DNA from: an uncultured archaeon
Lineage (GTDB): Archaea > Asgardarchaeota > Thorarchaeia > Thorarchaeales > Thorarchaeaceae
Direction of reading: 5' to 3'
Assembly: GCA_964473825.1 (NCBI GenBank)
Contig: CAYYQL010000032.1
Coordinates: 1-31,990 of the forward strand
Length of the DNA stretch: 31,990 bases
The notes under the pieces are model-generated. The model had not been told where the DNA came from. It searched no databases and was given only the letters and a program-made list of their open reading frames with translations. Of the stretch, positions 1-9,161 are shown piece after piece; position 1 is the stretch's first letter; every line of letters begins with the position of its first letter. The position numbers were made by a program, and so were the translations under genes.

Positions 1-1
1 T

Positions 2-1315
2 GCCTGATGAAGGTGACCCCGTATAATTATCCCAGAAGTTGCCATGTGTACCATTGTCCCAACTAATTGGGTCATCCCCATCCTTGTCTATGGCATGCTG
101 TCCATTTTCCATGAATGCGTTCAGATAGATTTGCTGACTGTCTGCTTCTTCCCATATGTATATGCCAACATTATTTCCATGTAGTGCGTTACCATATACA
201 AGACAGCCGTCTGCGTCTTGATGTAACTCGATTGCCTTTCGAACACTTTCCAGAACGACATTATACCTGAGCGTGTTATTTCCATTGTAGACATATATTT
301 CCGAATCTACTGTGTTGTTCCAAAAGAGGTTCTTCTCAATAATAGTATCATTGCTATACAGGTGAATTATGTGGGAATCCTCATAGGTTCCTACGTCATT
401 TCCGAAGAATTTGTTACCGCTCACTAAACACCCATCATCACTGAGATAGATTATCTCAGTCCCACACCGGATGAATTCGTTGTCAGCTATCGTTGAGTTT
501 CCATCGACGTAACCGAGCCTAATTACGCTGCTAGACAATGTCGTTTCAAGTTCATAGAATAGATTTGAGAGAATCTTAAGATCGCCACCGGATGCAGAGT
601 TGACGGCATAGATAAGACCATCACCTGCTGTTGGGGCTGGCCAGTATTCACTTCCAAACCTGCAGTTCTCTACGGATATTCCCCCTTCAAAACTGGAAGG
701 CCCAGTAGTTTGCAGGAGATAATTGTCGCTACACTCTATTTCATAAAAGTCACAACCTGAGAAACTTACAGAGTGGGCGTGGCGGATATCAATTCTTCCA
801 GTAGCATATGCGATATCTGTATTTGTGAAGGTCGCATTCAGGCTGCTATTACAGAAGGTAATATCACTAAAGTGACGGAGATAACCACCATTCCAAGATA
901 CGTTTCCATAGAAATCCATAGAGAATTCTCCCTGAATTGAAACTCCACCTCCTTCTGCGAGAAGATACGAATCTGTTCCCTCCAGATATCCCCCAGCACT
1001 CACTTCCACAGTAGAGCCTGTGACATTCATGTTGATGGCCGAATTATTTAGAGTGAGTGATCCTCCGTCTTGGATAAGAACGTCACCGTTCACTACCACG
1101 CTGTAATTGTCTGTGTAGAATGTTGGTTGCGTGATGACCCAGTCTCCTGTTCCATCGTATACGTCGCCAGAGGCCTCTGCTTCAATGTTTACGGAGGTCG
1201 GGATTATTGCATTGCTTGTGTCAGCCACCGGTGCGCCAGTTGGTGTCCAGACGGCAAAAGCAAGCAAGACTGCTAGAAAGAGAATTAGATTCTTCGATGA
1301 CACGGCGAATTTCAC
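2..1315 (-). CDS. Secreted right-handed parallel beta-helix (NosD-like) surface protein, 3'-partial (runs off the left edge)
   Basis: Manual translation; not in the ORF track. GTG at 1315 is preceded by GAGGT. The frame is open for 438 codons to the window edge. It starts with a signal peptide (MKFAVSSKNLILFLAVLLAFAVW), continues through beta-helix-like coils (e.g. GCLVYGNALHGNNVGIYIW), and reaches the WDNGTHGNFWDNY motif shared with the two other beta-helix genes. Confidence 0.85.
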   Translation of the reverse strand, partial: MKFAVSSKNLILFLAVLLAFAVWTPTGAPVADTSNAIIPTSVNIEAEASGDVYDGTGDWVITQPTFYTDNYSVVVNGDVLIQDGGSLTLNNSAINMNVTGSTVEVSAGGYLEGTDSYLLAEGGGVSIQGEFSMDFYGNVSWNGGYLRHFSDITFCNSSLNATFTNTDIAYATGRIDIRHAHSVSFSGCDFYEIECSDNYLLQTTGPSSFEGGISVENCRFGSEYWPAPTAGDGLIYAVNSASGGDLKILSNLFYELETTLSSSVIRLGYVDGNSTIADNEFIRCGTEIIYLSDDGCLVSGNKFFGNDVGTYEDSHIIHLYSNDTIIEKNLFWNNTVDSEIYVYNGNNTLRYNVVLESVRKAIELHQDADGCLVYGNALHGNNVGIYIWEEADSQQIYLNAFMENGQHAIDKDGDDPISWDNGTHGNFWDNYTGSPSSG

Positions 1316-1391
1316 ACGGAATACCTCTGTTCCGGGATTGAATTTTCATCATAGTGTCGTAAAAAGTCTTTTCCTGACTTGGCGGTGTTAT

Positions 1392-1403
1392 GATAACGTT
1401 ATC
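1392..1403. promoter_or_regulatory. Perfect palindrome GATAACGTTATC, candidate operator
   Basis: 12-bp perfect inverted repeat upstream of the beta-helix gene; the core TAACGTTA recurs at 1499-1506. Confidence 0.3.
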
Positions 1404-1568
1404 GCTTGAAATGAGGTATTTGAGGGGCCCGAAATACTGCGCTTTTGGTGCAAGACTCTCTGACTTGTGTACACGCTGTAAGCAATCACTGCATGTCCTA
1501 ACGTTATGCAAGGAACTCATTCTAGATCATAAGGTGAGCTCTATGATGATCTCCAGAAGTCCTCTCAG

Positions 1569-2711
1569 TCACACGATGTTTCTCTCTATATCGATACCCC
1601 GCTCTCTGAGAGCATCAATGAACGGGTCCGGAGGAATCACGCGTTCTGGGGGAAGCACACCCCTCTCCTTCACTCTACCATCAACGAGCATGACAACAGT
1701 CGTGGTCGCAGGGAAGGCTGTCGTTCGCATCATCGAGGTGAGACCAGTTTCATCATCATAATAGTCAACCATGTTGTACTCGAGTTTACGTGATTCTGTT
1801 CCCTTCCAGCCCTCGATAGATATTCGCATAAGAGTCACATCCTTCTCAGCCTTTGGAAGGTTCTTGGCGAGGATACCTTCAAGAACAGCCCTAGGAGCTA
1901 TCTCAATGCCATCAAAATCATACTTGTTGCTATCCATCAGACCGAGCTTCATGAGGACCCACATTGTATGGCCGTGCCCGGGATAGCGAATCGTCTTGTA
2001 ATCCAGATCGTCCACAACACCCTCATATGTCAGAGGAAGGGTCGAAGTGCCACCACTCGTGTTGAAGGCTTCCAGTCTGCTGAATGGTTCAGGAAACTCC
2101 ACCTGTTCAAAGCCGATGAGGGGATCTTCGTAGGTAATCTTCCCATCTCTCAGAACCATGCAAGGTTCGACATACTCATTGATGAGCCCCTCTACGGAGA
2201 ATACCATTGCATAATTGAGTGGGGGCCTGGGTTCCTGTGGCAGACCTCCAACTCTTATCCGAACACAATCCGTCTTGTCCAGATAGCTGATGCCGTCCCT
2301 CACGAGCACATTCACCATTCCAGGTGCGAGACCACAATCGGGGACAACGGTGATGCCGGCATCTTTGGCTTGAGAGTCCAGTTCCAGTTGTTTCTCGACA
2401 ACCTTGAAATTGCCCCCGAGATCGCAGAGATGGGTTTCAGTCTCAATTGCCGCTTGTGTGTGAAGGAGATTGACTTTGTAACTCACACAGCTCACAACGG
2501 CGTCAACATCAGAGAAGACCTCCAATAGGTCATCCTTCTTGGTTGCATCAACCTTTCGAGCCTCAACCTTTGAGCCGAGTTTCTTTGCAACTACTTCGGC
2601 CGAACCTAAGTCAATATCAGCAACAATGACCCCTTCAACATCATTGTTACGGGCAAGATCAAAAGCAGCTGCAGAGCCCATCAAGCCCGAACCAAGAACC
2701 AGTACTCTCAC
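1569..2711 (-). CDS. Saccharopine dehydrogenase family protein (lysine 6-dehydrogenase-like)
   Basis: Rossmann motif VLVLGSGLMG; family motifs DCGLAPGMVN, VGGLPQ, FSVEGLINEY, EAFNTSGG, YKTIRYPGH and MMRTTAFP. Start set at GTG 2711 after GGGGTG (the ORF track start is 2747). Confidence 0.88.
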   Translation of the reverse strand: MRVLVLGSGLMGSAAAFDLARNNDVEGVIVADIDLGSAEVVAKKLGSKVEARKVDATKKDDLLEVFSDVDAVVSCVSYKVNLLHTQAAIETETHLCDLGGNFKVVEKQLELDSQAKDAGITVVPDCGLAPGMVNVLVRDGISYLDKTDCVRIRVGGLPQEPRPPLNYAMVFSVEGLINEYVEPCMVLRDGKITYEDPLIGFEQVEFPEPFSRLEAFNTSGGTSTLPLTYEGVVDDLDYKTIRYPGHGHTMWVLMKLGLMDSNKYDFDGIEIAPRAVLEGILAKNLPKAEKDVTLMRISIEGWKGTESRKLEYNMVDYYDDETGLTSMMRTTAFPATTTVVMLVDGRVKERGVLPPERVIPPDPFIDALRERGIDIERNIV

Positions 2712-2786
2712 CAGATACACCCCAGTAGAGTACCAGATAGCAAGCAAGCTATTAACAGTATCGTCACGTGTTGAGATGTCCCGTTG

Positions 2787-4673
2787 TCAGACTTCTCGGG
2801 AGAATATGGCCTGTTTGGATACCAGGCTCGGAAGCAAGAGTCGCTGTTTTGGAGCGAACTGGGTCTTCGCATCAATCTCCGCAATTAGTTCATGGAGCGT
2901 TATTTTGACCTGATCACCCTCAGCCCTCCTGCGTACTGCAATCTTGCCGCTCTCTTCTTCCTTGTCCCCGATGACAACCGTATATGGTGTCCATAGCTTC
3001 TCAGATGCACGTATCTTCTTGCCTACCGTGAGCTGCCGGTCATCAATCTCGTACCGTATCTTCACGCTGTCCAGCTCCGCTCCAAGTTCAAGACAGTGGT
3101 ACAGATTGGTGTCATCCACAGGAACAAACCTCACCTGTACCGGGGTCATCCAAAGCGGCAACATGGGCTTCTTACCCCGTTTCATGTCCTTGTGGGCCTG
3201 CTCCAACACACCATAGAGAATACGTTCAATCGAGCCTGCAGGAGATGTGTGGAGAATGAGAGGCCGTTTCTCCTCGCCATTCTCATCAACATACGAGATG
3301 TCAAATCGTTCTGCATTTTCAACATCTATCTGTATGGTTCCCAGACAAGCTGCTTTCTCCTGCTCATCAACCACATTCCATTCGCCTTTGAACACGAAGT
3401 AAGCGTACCTCTCTTCGAATATCTCAAGCATCACGGGTTTCCCGATCATCTTGACAACCTTCTTGACGAAGTCCTCATTCTCGTCATAGAAGGATTTCAG
3501 AATCCTGAAAGAGACCTCATAGTCAACATCAAGCTCGCCCATCAGCTTACCAACGAACTCCAGCTGCTTCAATACGGAGTCCATCGCCATCTCCTCATCA
3601 GCAACAAATTCGTGGATGTCGGGCATCGTGAAGGCCCGAGGACGTCTCATCCCGGCAAGCTCACCACTCTGCTCACGGCGATACGAAGGCGCAATCTCAA
3701 ACATCTTGAGGGGAAGCTGCCTGTAGGAAACTTGGGCCTGAGATAGCATGAGAAACTGGCCAAAGCACGCGGAGAACCGCATGAAGTAGTCACTGGTACC
3801 AGACCTGACAACATATTGTCTCGACGGAAACCGCTGCAGATAAGACTTCAGCGAGGGGTGAGCGTAGTCGTAGACCAGAGGAGTCTGAACAATATGCGCA
3901 CCATAGTCTAGCATCTCTTGAACGACTCTCTTCTCCACTGCCTTCTTCAGTGTGAAGCCGCGTGGTGGCCACCTGAAGTTCCCGGCATCTGACCCCGGTT
4001 CATAGTCCACAAGCTCAAGACTCTTCATCAGGTCGATATGGGGCGGGGGATCGTGAGCAGTACGATCCTTTGCGGTCTCGTAGTTGACATAGAGCCTCAG
4101 TTCCTCGTAGCCGCTATAGTCGAATCGATCATATTCAGTCAGGTCTCCATCCGGTCCGATAATGTAGAAATTTGAGGCTGTACTCTCTTCGGCTTTGAGG
4201 GCTGTAAGATCCTCACCCATGGTCACGTCTGCATCCTCTACAGACATGGTGGTCACGTCCAGCACCTTTGACCGTTCGGCCAGCGGATGGCCCTTACAGT
4301 GAATACCAAATGACTTGTACCAGCCAAAAGGAACCCTGACCACATTGTATCCCTTCTCAGAGAGGATCTTGGAGATATTCCGAAGAAGCTTCAATGCTAC
4401 ATCAGGACGAGAGGGCGATTCACTCAGATGCACCCATGGGTAGACAACAATGTTCTTCTCCTTGACTTCGTCTGCCGCGGCTGCAATCATATCGGCAGTC
4501 ATCTGGGATGCTGTTGCGATGTCGCTCTGGTCTGAGGTTTCCGCTGCTATGAAGTTGACAAGGCATGATTCATCAGTTTCATACTTGTCAGATTCGACCT
4601 CCTCCGCAGACTTGATTGCCTTTCTCTTGGTCTCGTAGGAGAATCCATCAGAGTGTATCTGGAGCATTCTCAT
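2787..4673 (-). CDS. thrS: Threonine--tRNA ligase, archaeal type with N-terminal editing domain
   Basis: N-terminal editing domain (MRMLQIHSD, VYPWVHLS, PFGWYK, CKGHPLAE); catalytic core (RFSACFGQF, YRREQSGEL, RAFTMPDIH, LHTSPAGSIER); C-terminal anticodon-binding domain. GAGGA RBS. Confidence 0.97.
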   Translation of the reverse strand: MRMLQIHSDGFSYETKRKAIKSAEEVESDKYETDESCLVNFIAAETSDQSDIATASQMTADMIAAAADEVKEKNIVVYPWVHLSESPSRPDVALKLLRNISKILSEKGYNVVRVPFGWYKSFGIHCKGHPLAERSKVLDVTTMSVEDADVTMGEDLTALKAEESTASNFYIIGPDGDLTEYDRFDYSGYEELRLYVNYETAKDRTAHDPPPHIDLMKSLELVDYEPGSDAGNFRWPPRGFTLKKAVEKRVVQEMLDYGAHIVQTPLVYDYAHPSLKSYLQRFPSRQYVVRSGTSDYFMRFSACFGQFLMLSQAQVSYRQLPLKMFEIAPSYRREQSGELAGMRRPRAFTMPDIHEFVADEEMAMDSVLKQLEFVGKLMGELDVDYEVSFRILKSFYDENEDFVKKVVKMIGKPVMLEIFEERYAYFVFKGEWNVVDEQEKAACLGTIQIDVENAERFDISYVDENGEEKRPLILHTSPAGSIERILYGVLEQAHKDMKRGKKPMLPLWMTPVQVRFVPVDDTNLYHCLELGAELDSVKIRYEIDDRQLTVGKKIRASEKLWTPYTVVIGDKEEESGKIAVRRRAEGDQVKITLHELIAEIDAKTQFAPKQRLLLPSLVSKQAIFSREV

Positions 4674-4760
4674 TGGTAAGTCCTCTCAGTTATACCATGC
4701 CCTCAAGCAGCACACTTAAGCTTGGCGAAATGGGTTGCATGTCTGATGTCCGGTTGTTGC

Positions 4761-5003
4761 CTAGAGTTTCTGCGCGAATTCTTTGACCTGACGATCGAAC
4801 TCACGGGTCCTCAGAATTGTCTCGGTCTTCTTCCCACGGGGAATAGTCTGAACCGTTACATGGCCGAGTTCCGAAACAAACACGACACAGCAATCGTCAA
4901 CTTCATCTTGCTGCTTCAGGCCGAAATGACCATCAAAAAAGTCGCGGGCTAGATCAAGCACTTCGCTCTCACTGCGAGTTGTGTTCTTCGACAAAACTAT
5001 CAT
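4761..5003 (-). CDS. Small hypothetical protein (80 aa)
   Basis: ATG-started ORF filling the gap between thrS and the divergent radical SAM gene; protein-like alpha/beta pattern ending TREFDRQVKEF. Confidence 0.7.
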   Translation of the reverse strand: MIVLSKNTTRSESEVLDLARDFFDGHFGLKQQDEVDDCCVVFVSELGHVTVQTIPRGKKTETILRTREFDRQVKEFAQKL

Positions 5004-5145
5004 TATTCTTCACTATAGTTTAGAGTGTGCCTTCCTAAAAGCATTGAGATATGGACGCATCAGCCGGGATTAAGATAGAGTAATATGCTGGAAATGACAC
5101 GAACCAAGAAAACACCTGATAATCAGGTGGAGAGGAGCGTTACAG

Positions 5146-6726
5146 GTGTCCACGAATCGTATCGAGGTCGGAGCAGTACCAGAAAGCCCCCAGCGCCATC
5201 TAGAGGAAGAAATGAAGAGATATCGCATTGAGACTATCGAGCCAAAGACCCTTCCCTATCAGACTAAGTCGTTGTGTCCTGATTGTCTTCTTCAGCACAA
5301 AGAGGTGAACGTGATCAGTGCGACCGTGTATGAAGAAGATGGAAAGGTCATGATGAAGAAGACCTGCCCCCAACATGGCGAGTTCAAGGAGCTCTATTGG
5401 TCTGATGCGGAGATGTTCAGACGTTCAATGCACTACTGGTTCAAGTCAGTAGGTATTGACAATCCTCGGACTGAGTGCAAAGAGGGGTGTCCACTAGACT
5501 GCGGCCTGTGTGAGAACCACTTGGCACATACTGCACTCGGACTCATCGACGTGACAAATCGATGCAACCTCAAGTGTCCGATCTGCTTCGCAAATGCAGC
5601 AGCATCAGGGCGAATCTATGAACCATCACCTGACGAAGTCCTCGAGATGATGAAGAACCTGCGTAGGAATCTTCCCGTGGCCTGTCCTGCCGTGCAGTTC
5701 GCAGGAGGTGAACCCACAATGAGCGATCATCTGGTTCAGTACGTCCGGTGGGCAAAGCAACTGGGCTTCGACCATATCATGATTGCCACGAATGGAATCC
5801 GCATGGCGAAGACTGTAGATTATCTTCAAGAGCTGAAGGACGCCGGTCTCAATACCATATATCTCCAGTTTGATGGCATCACGGAGAAGCCATATCTGGC
5901 TGCGAGGAATCAGGATCTCCGTCCTATCAAGGACAAGGTGTTGGAGCACTGCCGTACCATCGGACTCGATGGAGTAGTTCTGGTTCCAACCGTTGTCAGA
6001 GGCCTCAATGACCAGGAACTGGGAGATATCGTCAGATATGGGATTAAGAATCGGGACATAGTACGCTGCATCAACTTCCAGCCTGTGAGCATCACCGGTA
6101 GGATAGACTACGAAGAAAGACAAAAGATGCGCATCACACTGCCCGACGCCATCAAGTACATTGAGGAGCAGACGGATGGGCTGGTCGGAGCCGATGACTG
6201 GTATCCTGTTGCCTCTATGTTGGGTGTAGGGCGTGCTCTCGGGCTCATGAAGGGTGTACCCACTGTTGAACTCCATTCGCATTTCGCTTGTGGGATGGCA
6301 ACCTTCCTGTTTGTTGAAGACGATGGGACAGTCTATCCAATCACGGATGTGATCGACATTGAGGCGCTGATCAACACCTTAAGCGATGTTTGTAATCTCT
6401 ATGCTGATGGGGCCACCCTGTCTGGAATAAGAGCCAAACTCAAGCTCCTCGGGTTCCTACGTCATATCAAAAAGAAGAACTTCATGCGACCCATCATTAC
6501 CTCATTCTTGAGGAAGGGTAGCTACGACTCCCTAGCGGCCTTCATGCATCGTGTCATCATGCTCGGTATGATGCACTTCCAGGACCCTTTCAATATAGAC
6601 CTAGAAAGGCTCAAACACTGTACGATCAACTACGCAACACCTGATGGCCGAATCATTCCGTTCTGCACCTACAACAACGTTCATCGTGAGAGTGTCGAAA
6701 GCAAGTTTGCACAGGTCATTGAGTGA
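5146..6726 (+). CDS. tes: Radical SAM tetraether lipid synthase (Tes / GDGT-MAS, MJ0619 family)
   Basis: Rubredoxin-like site (SLCPDC ... KTCPQHG); auxiliary CPLDCGLCENH; radical SAM motif CNLKCPIC; AGGEPT; IYLQFDG; INFQPVS; HFACG; C-terminal GMMHFQD...LERLKHCTINYATPDGRIIPFCTYN. Confidence 0.88.
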   Translation: MSTNRIEVGAVPESPQRHLEEEMKRYRIETIEPKTLPYQTKSLCPDCLLQHKEVNVISATVYEEDGKVMMKKTCPQHGEFKELYWSDAEMFRRSMHYWFKSVGIDNPRTECKEGCPLDCGLCENHLAHTALGLIDVTNRCNLKCPICFANAAASGRIYEPSPDEVLEMMKNLRRNLPVACPAVQFAGGEPTMSDHLVQYVRWAKQLGFDHIMIATNGIRMAKTVDYLQELKDAGLNTIYLQFDGITEKPYLAARNQDLRPIKDKVLEHCRTIGLDGVVLVPTVVRGLNDQELGDIVRYGIKNRDIVRCINFQPVSITGRIDYEERQKMRITLPDAIKYIEEQTDGLVGADDWYPVASMLGVGRALGLMKGVPTVELHSHFACGMATFLFVEDDGTVYPITDVIDIEALINTLSDVCNLYADGATLSGIRAKLKLLGFLRHIKKKNFMRPIITSFLRKGSYDSLAAFMHRVIMLGMMHFQDPFNIDLERLKHCTINYATPDGRIIPFCTYNNVHRESVESKFAQVIE

Positions 6727-6784
6727 AATAGTATACTCTCGCTACCAGAGACCTGCACTATGCTAGGTAGTGATGACATAGCTC

Positions 6785-8911
6785 TCACGTTCGGTGTTCC
6801 ACCAAGGCTTTCGAAGTAACCATAAGAATCACTATCAGAGAAGCAGCAGTTACAGCGAAGCTTACAGGGTTGAGCAGCCAGGACCATTCTTCGATCCCTT
6901 CGTCCCTCGGCCCTTCGACCGTGACCCATACAGTATCCGAAAGCGTGTAGCTGTATGATGTGATGACTTCTATCGTGCAATTGTAAAAACCCGGACTGAG
7001 ATCATCAAGTAGCAAGACAACCGCTTGATGACTCGAGGTGATACTCCCCGTTTGTTCCAAGGTTGAATTGACATAGATGGCATATTCTGAGCCAGTCCCA
7101 TTCTCGATCGACCAATTGAGGTTAGAGCCCACTGAATCAGGAGGCACGATAATGCGCGGTGAAGACTGAATGGTGGGCAAAGGTCGATATGGAGATGGCC
7201 AATTACCTGGTCTTCTGAAGTAGTCTTGGTTTGCTACCAGCTCAAGATAGTCAGATTCGACGTAAGCTGATACATTGAATGGGCCCGAGGTGGTCATCTG
7301 TTCTTCAGGGGGATTAGGACTCCAATCCGACCATCCCTCGAGGCCAACCTCTACGAATACGTGTTTCGGGATTATTGGCAAGGTGCTAATCGTGTGGACA
7401 TGCCAATACGACTCCGACTCGAATTCCATGATCAGAGAAGTAGGTGTCGTCGAGTAACAGGCACGGAGCTCGCTCAATGACGGTCCATAGGGGTGCCCCG
7501 GCGCGTCCCGATAGTAGTTAAATGAAAACGCAACATCTTCAGCAGTCAGGGCATGGCCATCCGTCCAGGTTGCATTCTGAACGATATCGACTCTGAATTG
7601 GGTATATCCTTCAGGAACCAATGGATTGTCAGAGTGGGTCTGAACCACCACTGACTCAGCCAGCCAAGGGATATCATAGCCATGCATATCTGTTGTGATG
7701 AGAGTGTCATATAGGGGCAATGGCTGACGATATCCGATAGAATCAGCCAGAGTGAACATATTAAAAGTGGAACTACGGTCATAGGACGAACTGATCCGGA
7801 GCGTTCCACCGAAGGGGTGATCCTCAACCTCCTTTAAGCGAACTCGGTAGTTCGTCCACCAACTAGCCATACCCTCCACAGGAGTTGACACAAATCCCTC
7901 GAATCTGTCAGTCCGATACGCGTTGCAGAAATAAGGCTCATAGCAGACTATGCCGGGTGACTCATATATCCAGATCTTCTGCATCTCAGCGGCAGCCAGT
8001 TTGATATCATCGTACTCAACTGAGTAGAGGAGTCTATCTGCCCAATAGTCGTATGTTTCATTCCTGAAGTTTGGCGAGTTCCAGTAGTCCACATCAGCGG
8101 ATTGAGATGCAAATTCATATGCAAGCCACTGAACGCCGAGATTCTCCTCTCCTCGACTCATGGACTTGAAAGCTATATCATAATCGCCGTGATAATACAG
8201 CCTTCTGGAATACTCATAGTAGTCTCGAAGAACGAGCCGAGCATCAATAGAAAGTGACTGTAGAGCCTCCTCCAAGAACTCACCAGCAGTAATAGCCTCA
8301 GCAGAATTTTCAGCCACTTCGATCATTACACTGAAACTGGTGCTGTCTGGAGCTTGGCGATACCCGTCCCCGTCAAGATCGTAGAAACCCGCTTGGTCAA
8401 GCAACTCATTCCCCTTGTCCAGCTGTTGGTCGTAGTAAGAATAGTCAAGCATGCCTTCGACGGACAAGGGGTTGATCTTTGGCACACAAGAATCGAGCGG
8501 CTCGCTTTGGCCATCAAGCACTTCAGCTGACAATGCTCGCTTATCGAGAGCGAAGGCGGCTGCTCGTCTGAAGGCTGTGATATTGAGGGGGTACTTCTCG
8601 CAATTGATTACAAACATTCCATAGCTGTTCTTCAGGTTCTTTGAAACGACTATGTCGTCCGACTGTTCAAGCGCGGCAAGATAAGATTCTGGAATGGTGT
8701 CATCGATCAGGTCTATCTTGTCATCCAAGATTGCCTCCACCAGATTATCATTCCCCTGGATTACTCTGTACTGGAGCTTGTTCACGTACGGTCCGGCAAG
8801 TGGAGAATTCAGTCCTGCTGCGTTGGTCATTCTCGGAAACCCTGTGGCTACGAGAAACATGGTCAGGACTGTGAGCAAGAATAGAGAGGCTAATCGTCTT
8901 CTGCTTCGCAT
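6785..8911 (-). CDS. ABC transporter substrate-binding protein, family 5 (peptide/nickel), with C-terminal Ig-like domain and membrane anchor
   Basis: Signal peptide; FRRAAAFALDK, NATWTDGHALTAEDVAFSFNY, LPIIPKHVF and GPFNV motifs; C-terminal TM helix followed by SKALVEHRT. GAGGTG RBS. Confidence 0.9.
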   Translation of the reverse strand: MRSRRRLASLFLLTVLTMFLVATGFPRMTNAAGLNSPLAGPYVNKLQYRVIQGNDNLVEAILDDKIDLIDDTIPESYLAALEQSDDIVVSKNLKNSYGMFVINCEKYPLNITAFRRAAAFALDKRALSAEVLDGQSEPLDSCVPKINPLSVEGMLDYSYYDQQLDKGNELLDQAGFYDLDGDGYRQAPDSTSFSVMIEVAENSAEAITAGEFLEEALQSLSIDARLVLRDYYEYSRRLYYHGDYDIAFKSMSRGEENLGVQWLAYEFASQSADVDYWNSPNFRNETYDYWADRLLYSVEYDDIKLAAAEMQKIWIYESPGIVCYEPYFCNAYRTDRFEGFVSTPVEGMASWWTNYRVRLKEVEDHPFGGTLRISSSYDRSSTFNMFTLADSIGYRQPLPLYDTLITTDMHGYDIPWLAESVVVQTHSDNPLVPEGYTQFRVDIVQNATWTDGHALTAEDVAFSFNYYRDAPGHPYGPSLSELRACYSTTPTSLIMEFESESYWHVHTISTLPIIPKHVFVEVGLEGWSDWSPNPPEEQMTTSGPFNVSAYVESDYLELVANQDYFRRPGNWPSPYRPLPTIQSSPRIIVPPDSVGSNLNWSIENGTGSEYAIYVNSTLEQTGSITSSHQAVVLLLDDLSPGFYNCTIEVITSYSYTLSDTVWVTVEGPRDEGIEEWSWLLNPVSFAVTAASLIVILMVTSKALVEHRT

Positions 8912-9161
8912 GTCCTACCGCACCTCAACACAACAAGCGTGCTACTCTTACTATAGAACCAGAGATTGTAAAGCTTATTGTGCCACCGACCACACAATTC
9001 TGACACGCCTGAATGAAGGATTGGTTTCGTATAGAACGGGACTGCCCATGCAGTGAATGGTGATAGCTGACTCTGTCGAAATATCCTAGGAAAGGGAAGA
9101 GATGGAAGGTTTATTTTCGAAGAGAAGGTACCTTTACCGGAGTCAAGCGGAGAGCCAGAGC

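Noticed and set aside
1070-1761. Short ORFs 1070-1276, 1131-1409, 1221-1520 and 1390-1761
   Set aside because: They overlap the real beta-helix gene or the dehydrogenase on the other strand or frame and show no motifs.
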